A stretch of 64,000 bases of DNA from Phoronis australis (lineage: Eukaryota > Animalia > Phoronida), in contig NMRA01000191.1 of assembly GCA_002633005.1 (NCBI GenBank), positions 612,466 to 676,465 on the forward strand, written 5' to 3'. A program made the position numbers and the translations under genes. Every line of letters begins with the position of its first letter. Within the stretch, counting starts at the first letter, position 1. The notes under the pieces were generated by a model. The model worked only from the letters and a program-made list of their open reading frames with translations, ran no database searches and had not been told where the DNA came from. Positions 50,292 through 62,245 of this stretch are shown piece by piece.

Positions 50292-52199
50292 CTATATTTT
50301 AGGCTGGGTGAGCGCATGTTACACACTCACATAATTTTTGAGTTGTTACAAAATACTTCGAGGCAGTGAAACCTCCCGATACCAAGCACTGTTCGTTTTA
50401 CGTCCATACACTTTTGCTGGACCCGGTAACCTTGGAACAACTGCACATATTGCATACTTGCGTTGCGTTCGAGTGCATGACAGTGCTATTTTTCTGTGAT
50501 ACGCCGCTCAGTTTAAACGCTAAATTAATTAAGGCCGTCTAAGGGGGGGGAGGGGCATAAATCGAATTCCAAAATGTTGAATTAAGGTTTAATGGAGTGC
50601 AGCAGATATGCTTCCGTCAAAAGCCATCGTCTACAGTGTCCGTCATGAGCTTCTTGACATTTTATGAGGTCCAGCCCATGGGTGGCGCACCATAGGGGGA
50701 TGGGGGGGGGCTATAGCCCCACTTTTTTCAGTGCTCCGGCGCCCATGGTCTATGGGCGGTGTACCACAGGGGGCTGGGGGGGTATAGTCCCCACTTTTTT
50801 TATTGCTGCGCCGCCCATGCAGCCCCTAGGGTTTCAATTGAAGGAGACCCCTAAATGTATTGACCCTAGCTCCCATCAATACAAGATGTTATTGTCTTAG
50901 TAAATCGTTATATATTACCTCTTGTTTTATCAATTTGCATTTATTTAAATACCATTTCTTGTATTTTTGTCATGTGGCACTAACTTTAAAACAATTTCAA
51001 GGCAATTGATCATGTTTAGAAAGAGATTTTCATCATAAGTATTTCTGCTGTGAGAAATAACAGAATATCAGCAATTGGAACCAAGATAGCAAAGCTGAGT
51101 GTAGAAAGGTAATCACGGGGAGTTCCGGAATGGTTCGTTTTACCAATAAATGCTGATAATTTATTTATCAATTTTTATGGGTAGAATGTTTGCTTGGTCC
51201 AAGGCTTTGGTAATGATTTTGGTTCCTTCATTCTGAATTTATTGTTTATCTTGGTGCGAAATTCAATTGAACTCTAGGTTTTGGACATACAGTGATTTTC
51301 CTGAAACAGCAATTGCCAACCAGTAAACCAAGTCAAAACACAACGCTATGTTTGCTGTTCACTCATGACTGCAGGCATACACTCCATGACAAACAAAGGA
51401 CCCCAAAACGAGTTATCATATGAGTCTGTTTTCTTACACTAAAGCATATTATAATGGTTACCAGTATTTTTGTCATTTCCTAGAGTATTCAAAATTTCCG
51501 AATCCTCCATGAAGCATGGGTGACGTTAAGCATTATCAAGATTTACAGTTTATTTCTACAAGGATCTGCCAAATTTAAGTATCTCAGTAGCCTTCCCTCT
51601 AATTGAGCTGCATCATTCCATTTCCCTTCTGACCTTACTGCCATAAAAATTGCATAGTTGCCTGTTACCCGCCATTCACTAAATACAGGCATCCTATAGT
51701 TGTAGATTTAACACGATGACATTTCGCCTAAGGTAACACCAAAATAAAGCGATGCCAACGTTCTGAGAGCAGGCTAAAGGTGAAAGGCAGGACGCTAGGG
51801 AATAGACCACCGTTTGGAACTGCTTTTGAAATTAAGTCACTATACAATCAATCCGGGAGCCAGGGAGTTGAACATGGTTTTGCCGGATAAATTTTTTTCT
51901 TTGCTGTTTCATGTACCCTGGGGTTAAGTAACCATGATGTAGGGGGGTGACTTTTAGCAATCCTTGAGCATTTTTTTAAAAATGCTAATTAAGGTGGCCA
52001 TTGTGCAAAATTCTATTTTTGCATATAATTTTCTTGTCAAGCACTCCAGCCAGATAATTTTGACGTTTTTACACATGTTTCCATGGTCAAGGATATTGAT
52101 AGTGCAAGTTTTTTGGTGAATACATTTGTCAATTTGCATAAGTTATGGTAATTAAGGCCGCCATTAATCAAAATTCTTCTTGTGCTTATAGCTACTGTA
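50292..52199 (+). repeat. Second copy of 43125-44933 plus 47355-47460
   Basis: Direct comparison. Confidence 0.93.
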
Positions 52200-52799
52200 C
52201 CATCATGCAACAACATGCAAACTGATTTCATTAAACTAATTGACCATAGAAACATAGGTGCAAAGATCATGATAATTCATCTGTGATGACTAGTACCATG
52301 GCTATTAGAACAAGTAAAATTTTTAATAATGGCCGCCTTAATTTTCATAAATCATGCAAATTGACAATGTATCCACCCAAAAACTTTCACTTTTCAATTC
52401 GTTGACCATGAAAACAGGGGTGAAAGCTTCAAAATAACCTGACTGCAGTGCTTGGTCAAGAAATTATGAGCAAAAATAGAATTCTGCATTATGACGGCCT
52501 TAATTTGCACAACTAAAACAAATTGACAATGTATCTACCAAAAACTGGCACTATTAAATTCGTTGACCATGAAAACATGGGTAAGATCGTCATAATACTT
52601 GGTTGGGAAATTATAAGCAAAATTAGAATTTTGCATAATGGCCTCATTAATTTGCATTAAAAATACTCAAAGGTTCCGAACGGTCACCTCCCCCCCTAAG
52701 TCATGATTAACTATGCATAGGCTACATGAAACAGCAAAGTTAAAAAGGTTATCCGGTAAATCCAGGTTAGGTAAAAAACAGCATTTGGCTCCCGGACTA
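51849..52799. mobile_element. Academ-like non-autonomous element with long imperfect TIRs and a 3-bp TSD
   Basis: Right end GGCTCCCGGACTA (TAG terminus) vs left CAATCCGGGAGCC; AAT on both sides; CTTTGCTGTTTCATGTA mirrored by TACATGAAACAGCAAAG. Confidence 0.72.
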
Positions 52800-55349
52800 A
52801 ATCAGATGATTATGTTTACGATTGAGTGGTTTGATGAAAAAATGGTTAGTTACAAGTAAACAAGTCAAAAAGAAAACTCTTAATGTACGACAGGAATGAC
52901 ACATCAAATGTGGATATATTCTAGCTTTGGTGCTACTTGATAGTTTTTCGAGCCACAGTTGAATATGCTTTCTTCCAATTTCATAAAAATTACGCCTGCT
53001 GGGTTGGCTGAGCAATTTATATTCTGTGCTGCATGTGAAGGCTGTGAATGGAATTTGCCTGATTTTTGAGTGAAAGACTGCCAGCTGTGAACCCCTTGAC
53101 CCACTTTAGCTAAACCATGGCTTTCCTAAATCTCATTACTGCTTGCAAGCGGGAAGTTGAAATTTAGCAGGAAATTCAGATGCCCTTCAGGTACTTTGGA
53201 TTTGTGAAAAAGCTGGCTTTTCGACAACCACTTTCACCTCATTTTTGTAACATGGAGACTTTTGGCAATTTGAATGCTCTGTGTCAAAGTTCGCAGTAAT
53301 CGCATGTAAATGATGGAATTGGGGTGAAACTGTTGATTTGGTGACTGTACTTCTTGTAGATGTAAAGGCTAGAAAATTGACTTCGGAATCAGTAATGTAT
53401 TTCAGTAGACTTTGTGCAATATTTTTTGAAGTCTTAAACCCAATATAATGTTCATATTTTCAGGTCTTGTACATCATGTGGAACGGACTGTTGGAGCTGA
53501 CTCGACCTAGTTTTTTAAGCCCAAAATCAGCGAAATTTGTAGAGTGCCACCTTTATCTAGAGGGATTCCTCCATCTTGAATATAATCGCAAATGGCTTTC
53601 TCTGCAATTTTGTATGGGCAACAAGTTCAAGAACACTTTCTGGTCTTGTGAGTGTTTAAATAAAAATCAAGAAACACGGTTTCAATATACTTCACAGAAA
53701 ACAAACTCCTTTGTTATGAACCTTGGCGACTTAGAAGACTTCTAGCCCTGTCGGATGTATGTTTACCACCAAAATAGCGGTATTACTATCATCATGACGT
53801 CATCACTCGTCGAGCTTATTACGCTTCACAACACCCACTTTCATCTGTGGACAAGCAGAACAACCACAAATACACATAACCATGGTAATTGATCTATTTG
53901 TGTAATGCCAACCAGCATGTCGCCCTCGTAGAGATGACAGCATTGTGCACCCTGATGTGTCTGTGAGGGTCCACAAAAAGTAAACGAAACAAAAATGATG
54001 TAAGCGAGCGCTGGGTTCAAATCGGTGCACGTGCATATCAGAATTAAGCTTTTTGAGCCAACCGAGAAAATGAATAAATAAAAAATAATCTGGTTTGCTA
54101 GTACACTGCTATAGTACATGTAAATGGATATTGGTGTATATTAAATACTCAGAACGATGAATAGTATGTATTCTATGACATTGGTCTCCCTGTAGAATCT
54201 GAAAAATTGGGACAATTCTGTTTTCAGGTCAAGTACGATGTGAATTTTTTATTTCTGGTTTATCACTAATACAAAAATGATGCAGTCAAGCCTAGGGTTC
54301 AAATTGGTGCATGTGCATATCGGAGTCGATTAAACTTTTTGTTCCAATCAGGAAAATGTTTACATTTGTCATTCAGAAATCACTTGGGGCAAGGATTTTA
54401 CTCGATATCGTATTTTTAATTCTACTTTAAATTTGTGAGAACTAAGATAAATGTCTAATATTCTGTGCTCGAGTACATTAAAGGTTTCTCGGCGACCCTT
54501 AAAATCGAGCTAAAAACTCGAGCAAACGCTCAAAACTTAAAGTTCAGACTCTTAGTCTCAATGACGGGGTCATTAAAGGCCAAACTAGGATTAGAAAGTC
54601 ATCTACCTAATCCATTGTGTACTCGAGCATAGAAAAATAGACTATCACATCCAGTTTGAAAAAAGTGGAATTAAAAATACCAAAAATCATTTCTTGACCG
54701 ATCTCTGGTGAATAGATTAGACCCCAGGCCTGGTTCGCTAGTGCAACCAGGGGACATCTAAGAACGTTTGTTTTTCATCCCTGTCTTGACCTATTTAGTT
54801 GAGTCAAAAATGCACCCCCACGTGCACCCCCCGGACTTCAACTTGTAATTTGCATTTTTGCAAAGAACAATATGCGTGAAAATCAAAAAAAGATGTTAAC
54901 AAGCCGAAAAAGTGTCCCATGTGCGTTTTTATGGAAATTAGTGCCGCCATTACCGAGTTTTCGTTATTTGAGGATATCTCAATTTCTTTTTCTTGTAATT
55001 TGAACAAATCAAATGTCAAAACCGATACGTTGACAGTCAAGCATTACGACGGAATAATTTCCTTCATAACCTATTGTATATGATTTGTGTTACCGAATTA
55101 TTGTTACTTACGCTGACTGGAAGTGTGCATAAGCCAAAACAAACGGTAAATGTGCAAGTTTCAGTGTTTATATGATCAGTTTTTTGATAAGCCGGATTTC
55201 AACAAAAGTTTTAAATATCTCAAGGAAAAACGGGGGAATGATTCCAGAAATATGGGCAATCATTGGGTGTTGACGTCACTGCTGCTTACATGTTCCATCA
55301 CTCCATGTCATAGCTATCCGTGAAACTTCCATACAACTTGTTACTTTCC

Positions 55350-57662
55350 TCTTCTCCGTCCACTTCACAAACATCGGTGAGCAAGAGATTAGTCAAATAG
55401 TTTGGTAAGATAGGACCACACGTACACATAGGTTCTAACACACTTTCGCCAGTCCGCTTCTACCTTTGTCTTTCTTCATAAGAGTTGGCTGTTCAATTAT
55501 GGGTTCACAAGCGCGCTTGTACAAAACGACACGGTGATTTACTCGTTGGAAGTGAGGTGGTTTCGGTGCAGACATGCATGGGAAAGTTGAGCAAGGTCAA
55601 TCTTGCACTTGTAAGAGAAAATTTCATCTCCACCAACCATTTTGTGCAACATTTTGGCACCAGTAGAATCTATCGATGTTTCAGGACTCTGGCCGTACAT
55701 GACACACGTGAATTCACCCAACTCTTGCAAAACTTCAGAACTTACATCCCAGTCACCGCCACGTTGCTTGAATGAACGGTGAAATTTTTAATTCTTTTAT
55801 AACCTCTTAAGAGGGCCAACCTTTCCTCTACTTTTAAGTGCACTGGTGCACTCTTCTCCAGCGTAGTAAAACTCAAGCAGAGCTTCACAGCAGTCTTTTC
55901 CCAAGGATTTTGCCATGTCGGAGAGATTCAATAGTTGCCCATGTTTTTCAGACCTAGTATCTAGATATACAGTCAATTGTATGGCGTGAGCATGTTGCTG
56001 CTGAATGACAGAGATATCAGTATCAGGGGTTCTGACGACGGCGTTTTTGTACCCAAGTGAGACAGCGTACTGGAAGTACAAAACAATTCTTGTGTCAATC
56101 TCTTCTTGGTTGTTAAAATTTAAATGAAAATACCCCTCTTAGTGCATTAACTGATATTAGTTCAGCTACCTTTCCTTGTGAAGACGTAAGAGCGACTTTC
56201 TTGTTGCATGAATCCATGGTGTTAGCTCTTTTCTTCTTATACAATGTAGGTTGGAAGAATCTATTTGTACTCTGTCCTGCAAGTATGCCAAGAATCACCC
56301 TCAACTTCTGCTCTGAGGGACATATTTTCTACGTCCACGAGTACAGAAGCTCTAAAAGCCAAAGAGTAAAGCTTTTCCACATCCGCAACCAATGAATGAG
56401 TTTATGAAATTCTTCATGGCTGTTATGGTTCGCTGGACAGCTTCCCCGCCTTTCTTCATTTCTGCTCTCTCTTGTTCATGTCTTCCCTATTTGGAAATTC
56501 CGGGCCGACCATATCAAGAGTCTTCTCGTAGAACTGATCTTTGATAGAGGTTGTGTGGCACCACCTTTGGCATGCTTTAGTCCAACAAGCCCTCCTAAAA
56601 AAACAAAAAACAAGAGAATAAGAGCAACTCGCATGTTTTTGAAATACTTTAATTCGACAAAATGACATACATATATATATATAATTGCAGGCGGTCTGAT
56701 ACACGTTGTACCAGATGTGCGCAGGCCTCGCATGTGGGCCCATTGCACTGGTCACCTGGAAATATTTTTATGCTTTATTAATATATGGTTAAAACCGAGC
56801 TGAGGAGCTAGAAACCTGGCTCAAGGGTTTAGCAGTGTGACCTGGTGGGACCTGAACCCACGACCTCGAGTAAAGAAAGCGGGCACATATCAACCAGGCC
56901 ACACTGCCTCCTCAAATGACATACATTCCAACTTAGGATAATATAACCTGATGATTTAGCAAATCGCATGAATGTTTCCTACATTGTCGTTGACTGCTCT
57001 TAGTGCATCTGGTATTGTTAAACTGGCAACTGCAATGGCACCTTTTGTGAGAAATTCTTTGGATATGGGATGTGTGTTTTCTATGTTGGTGAGATGAACA
57101 TCCAGCCAAACGATAAACCTGAAGGTAGGCATGTGCGAGCATTAATACAATTGGGCTAAATTCATTGCAATCGATTTTTAATGAAAAAGAAATTGCGCTA
57201 TATGCAATATTATGCCATGATTATGAAAACTATGTGCCAACCTTGAATACTTCTGGCCAGCGAATACAAAGAAGAGATGTGCCATGTCTCCAACACATTT
57301 GTGGAGCACCTGCTAGTTGCTGGTCTTAACAGAGTGCACGAACATGAAGACCACGTGACAATGGTTGATGAATGACATCCAATTGGCACCTGTCTTTCCA
57401 AGATGGTTTTCGCCAATCTTCTCCGCACACATTGTTGCCTAAATGATCTTTCAAGGCATCGTCGTGGTGCTCACGATTACAAGCTTGGGTTATTTTGAGA
57501 AGAGCTCTAGAATCCTCTATGGGGATGCCATCTTCCATTACGAACAACTCTATTAAGAGTCTTTTCATTGCCTCGCACACCGTTTTCAGACAAAATACTG
57601 CCTTTGTGTATGCGTTTCCACTGAGAGCACTGTTGAGAGAGCCAGATGTTTCCAATTGTGCC
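55350..57662 (-). pseudogene. Second Academ-like transposase/XPG nuclease relic
   Basis: SGSLNSALSGNAYTKAVFCLKTVCEAMKRLL; NQEEIDTRIVLY (HEEADTR); VVRTPDTDI; AGEECTSALKSRGKVGPLK (GCD..F.GKGK); FTCVMYG; many frameshifts. Confidence 0.7.
56673..56913 (-). mobile_element. tRNA-derived SINE with a 13-bp TSD
   Basis: A box TGGCCTGGTTG, B box GGTTCAGGTCC, (AT)n tail; AAATGACATACAT at 56660-56672 and 56914-56926; sister copy at 62033-62245. Confidence 0.88.
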
Positions 57663-57666
57663 CTAA

Positions 57667-59163
57667 GGTAGGTGTATACACTGGTCAAATCTCCAGGTTC
57701 CTAACTAAAATGAGTGAAAAGGGAGTTTTAACTAGTTAGACATGACTCTGAAAATGACACAAATCGAAAAAAGGGTTTTTTTTGTAGTTCGTTTTTTAAA
57801 AAATCGTATTTTTTGATTTTCAAAAAATCCAATTTTACCTCGAATTTTTTTTCAAAATGCACAGGGATCATCATCAACTGTTTCCTTACGCAATATTCTA
57901 CTGATCCATACCAAATATATGTACAAAATCATTATCATCTTGATTTTGTGGCATTCTTTGTGTGTGAGTTGGGGCAAGCACGCCACTTTTTGTCATTTGG
58001 TCACTTTCCGTCTAATAACTAAAAATCTGGTCCATTTATCGAAAAACCCTGGCACGCGATTTTGCTTCAGTCCTAGAGGATTTCATATTAGCAAATTTCC
58101 TAAAAATTGACCCACGTGTTGTGGAAAAATAGGTCTGAGAATCTTGTCACTATCCTGAAATCACGAGCCGAGATAAACGGCTTTGAAGTTAAGCGGTCCA
58201 TCGATTGCCACTTGAGATCAAATTTCGTTCAGAATGCGTGGTCATTATGTTCCAATTTTTGTTGAAGTACTAGAAATAAAGCTTGGGTAAGATCCTCAAG
58301 TTACCAAACTTTCTTATATTGCTTTCCTCTAAACTCGTATAATATCATGAGTTTTAATTCAGGGATACGTTTGGATCTATGCACTAGAAAAATTTTGTTA
58401 TGATGAATACTGGACCATTTCTCTAATTCTTTGGTTTACGGCCAGTGGCAAGTTAAAAAATCGCCTGGATTTGACAACCTAGTTTCTCCACGGCGCGTTC
58501 CGGGCACAGAAGCACGGTTTATCTGCAAAGACTCTACTCCGACCGCTTGTGTAGCGCGCGCGGCGTGTCTTCACAGCGCGTGCATGCACTCTCACCGAAT
58601 CGTGCAACACCACCCACGTCGACGCTTAGCACCCTCTCGCAAGACACCTCACCTTACCGACTTCTCTTGTACACGCACAATTTCTGCACTGACTCCTCAA
58701 GCTGAGTGCAGTGATGGCTTCGGTTGGACTTGGCGTACTCAACTTAATTTTTTTGCAGATAGACAAACAGGCTCAGGCTCGGAACAGGAGCTAGTTCACC
58801 ATTTCACTACCACCTTTCACATTGTCAAAAATAGAATTATTTTATTCTTGGTCTTGCTACAACATCAATATCAGCTGGTACAGCACTCTCGATTGCCCGG
58901 TCGCGCAATGTTTGTTGACAGGGTTAGATTAGAGCTAGACAAGTGTCCTTGTATAAGCTCCGCCCCAGTTGTCAGTCACTGAGCTGGTGAGCACTCAAGC
59001 CATTTGACTTATTGAGGCTTGGTCAAATATAGCTAAAAAACAACTTTGGATTTTCAGAATGATTTTATTTTTCTTTAGTATACTGTGCATCAAAAATTAA
59101 AGATTAGGATGACAAAAATGTAAAAAACAGTCAAAATCATTTTTTTTTGAGTATCCACCTACC
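57667..59163. mobile_element. Kolobok-like non-autonomous element
   Basis: CTAA|GGTAGGTGTATAC ... GTATCCACCTACC|TTAA; left part repeated at 7757-8351. Confidence 0.8.
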
Positions 59164-60619
59164 TTAAAGTAATGAAACCGAATTTTTTTATTCACTTGCA
59201 TTATTCTATTCGTCTTTCCAAAGCCAACGCACATTACTATACTGAGCTGATCGCTGAAACTGACGGCGTGGGGGATGTTTGATAAATTCGACAAATACTT
59301 GTGGATGCGTGATCTGAGATTCTGCGCCTTCCAGACATCAATGAGACACGAAAATGTGCCTGGTTTCCAAAAGGAGATTATGTGCTTTCTTATCTCGGAG
59401 ACATAGGACAGCTCTATTGCCGCATAATCCGGGATGGCCCTATTGTCGACTCTCCCCTTGTATGCCGTGTTTTGATTACGCGCGGCTCATCAGGGTGCGC
59501 CGCGCTTGCTTGAGAATTGTTGCTATTCGATTGCTCCGGTATTGTTTTTTTGCTATTGAATATAGGGCTTACTGTAAAATGTTTGTTTTTTACAAACAAA
59601 GTTAGTTTAAATTAGTTTGAAACTGTTTTCAACCAAAACCTTCTTCCGAACTAATGTCGTCTATACTTTTGAAAATTGTGCTGTCTAATGGCCCCAAACA
59701 TTGTCAAATAGGATCATTTGCTTGGGATTTGGTGATTCGGCAAGCTGGTGGTGTTTACTACGGCTGCTGCTGTGAAAGAGTGTACAAAACCGTCAGACGG
59801 CAGTGACTTACTCGGCGAGTTTAAGTGTCCTTTACTTCTTAAATAGTGGCTACTATGGTATGAATGCGACACACAGAAAAACGTCGGAGCTCAGCCTTTG
59901 TTGCGGATCTGAAATGATTTTTGGCTTTTGCTTATTTTATAAAATAAAGGGCGCAGAATGTAATGGCTTTCGGTAAAATGCCTTGTGCCTCATGAAGTCG
60001 ACAGTTTCTACTTGTTATTTGCAATTCCAGGGTTTTAAAGAAGAGACGTGGGACATTTGTACTTGAATTGTTGTTAGTTACGCTTGGTGAAACAATTCGA
60101 AGTATTTACCAAAAACAAGCATGCACTCAGGTCCTTGCTTGAGACGGTAATCGGGAACGAAGGCACTAATTTCTCCCATGGTGATCGCGAACGCAGGAAA
60201 GCGATCGTGAATGTACATTTTTTGCTCTGCATTGGCCTGAATAATCGTTCACGTTGCGGTGTTACGTCAATAGTTAGGGAATGAAACGGACCTTGAATTA
60301 GCTGATTGGTTGATTGTCAATTATATTTCACCGTTTTTCATGATTTTTGTCAGATTTAATCTAACAAATTTCGCTAAATGAGTTTTTTTTTGTTCAGTTG
60401 AACTGCTGTCTTTTAGGGTGTTAACTTCTACGCCTACTAAAAGAGTAGTACAACTGGTGCATGTAGCAGAGGACTGTGTGTACGTTGTGACCACATGGCA
60501 ATAAAATACAGTGACATTACAGCAAGCATTACCAGCCCCGTACCTGACGTGTTGCATGCGACAAAGGTTTTTTGATGGATATAAGTAAACACGTGAAGTA
60601 TTGTGCTGAGGAACCAAGA

Positions 60620-60791
60620 CTGTTTAGATAGTGTTATCTGCGATCACTGTTTCACGGAAAGAGTGGGCCTGAAGCGACACATTGCGTCACAGCACGAGGA
60701 CACTACTTTTTGTTGTGAATGCAGCAAATCCTACAAACACTATGGCTATGCCTCCCTCAACAGGCATAAGAAGCAGAAACGACATGAATGA
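60620..60791 (+). pseudogene. Degenerate pair of C2H2 zinc fingers (context unknown)
   Basis: (S)VICDHCFTERVGLKRHIASQH and FCCECSKSY..SLNRHKKQKRH; F/L/H spacing is right but the first Cys appears mutated. Confidence 0.55.
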
Positions 60792-61323
60792 AATCATTAA
60801 GTCCAGTAGTGAAGGTTGCTAAGTCACTATAGTTTATTCAGATTTACATAGTTTATGGTTGGCAGTTGCCTGATGTGATAAGTTTGACGCTTTGTTTTGA
60901 AAATTTATTTCCTTAAGTTTCCATATTTGTGTTACTTTAACAGAATCAGTGCATTTTTGTAATGTTTATTTTGGTTTAAATGACCATACTGAGTGTCATT
61001 GGGCGATACTTACATGTACATACAATTGTTTTGACCATGAGGAAATATATGTCTAGGTTTATTGTAAAACTTGCTTTCATACTGTTGCTGATTTCCTGTT
61101 AAAGAATTTTATACCATCAATCGGTTAGTAATACATGGTCTCTGATTCAGTTATTATTTACATGTAGTCTAAGGCATTCCAAAAATGAAATGTTCAAATA
61201 TTTGTAATGTTGATTTCACAATATTTCATATCTTTCTGTATGACCAATTTTGAGGCATGTGTGATAAAAGATTATTATTATCATTATAGAAATTACTTGG
61301 TTACCTTTGTAATTACAGCAGTA

Positions 61324-61597
61324 CAGGGGCGGATCCAAGATTTTGAGTTGGGGGCAGGGCACAGGAATAACCAGAATTTCGCCACATGCGCGTGCCCAGC
61401 CTAAAATGTAGGGATACAGGCGTCTCTAATTGTTGGGTTTGTGGACTTTATTACTAGAAAAAAAAAGGTAAACGGGGTTTGTTCAAAGCCTATGCATTGT
61501 GCATTCGCCCCCTGAGCCCCCCTGGGTACGCGCATATGCTACTCAGCAATTCGCACCNCTGGCCCCCATGCCCCCCCCCCCCCTAAATCCGCCACTG
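61324..61597. mobile_element. hAT-like MITE (CAGGGGCGGAT...ATCCGCCACTG)
   Basis: Imperfect TIRs and G/C-rich subterminal tracts; no clear TSD. Confidence 0.6.
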
Positions 61598-62032
61598 TGT
61601 CTTGAAGTGACGTCAAAAACAACAATGTGACTACTTTTTGAGAAAATCACAATACAATATGTGCATTACTGCTCGTCTTACTCTTTTTCAATGTCACATT
61701 AAACTGGAGATCATGAACTGAAGATGCACTGTGAACTTAGGACCAAGACTACAAAACAGAATCAAAACGTACATCCAAAACCGACACGGTGCCCCATGTC
61801 AGTCTGTTCATCTCTGTATCGATCTTATTCAATAAAATCCCACCAGTTTTATCAGCACAACAGTTTATGCAACTTCTGGCAAATTTTTAAATCCCAGCCG
61901 TTGAAGAGGGGCAATCCTTGAATTATTTGGTGAATGGTGTTGCCGCTCTCCTCTCTTCCCATGGGCAAACTTGTCACCAGTCTTAGACTTCACTGGCGGA
62001 TTTTGTTTTCCCTTTTGCTGTCACAGTTTTCA

Positions 62033-62245
62033 GAGAAGACAATGTGGCCTAGTGTGATAGGTGCCTGCTTTCTTTACTCGAGGTCCTGGGTTCGAGTCCC
62101 ACTGGGTCATGCTGCTAAACCCTTGAGTCAGGTTTCTAGCTTCTGAGCTCGGTTTTAAATATCAATGAAACATAAAAATGGTTCCAGGTTATCACGGTCT
62201 GCGCACGTCTGGTACAACGTGTATTAGACCGCCCGCAATTACTTT
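62033..62245 (+). mobile_element. tRNA-derived SINE
   Basis: TGGCCTAGTGTG A box, GGTTCGAGTCCC B box; homologous to 56673-56913. Confidence 0.85.

Noticed and set aside
58431-58982. 183-aa ORF inside the Kolobok-like element
   Set aside because: No recognisable motifs; likely spurious.
62033-62110. Possible tRNA gene
   Set aside because: No good cloverleaf; it continues into a body shared with a TSD-flanked copy at 56673-56913, so it is a SINE.
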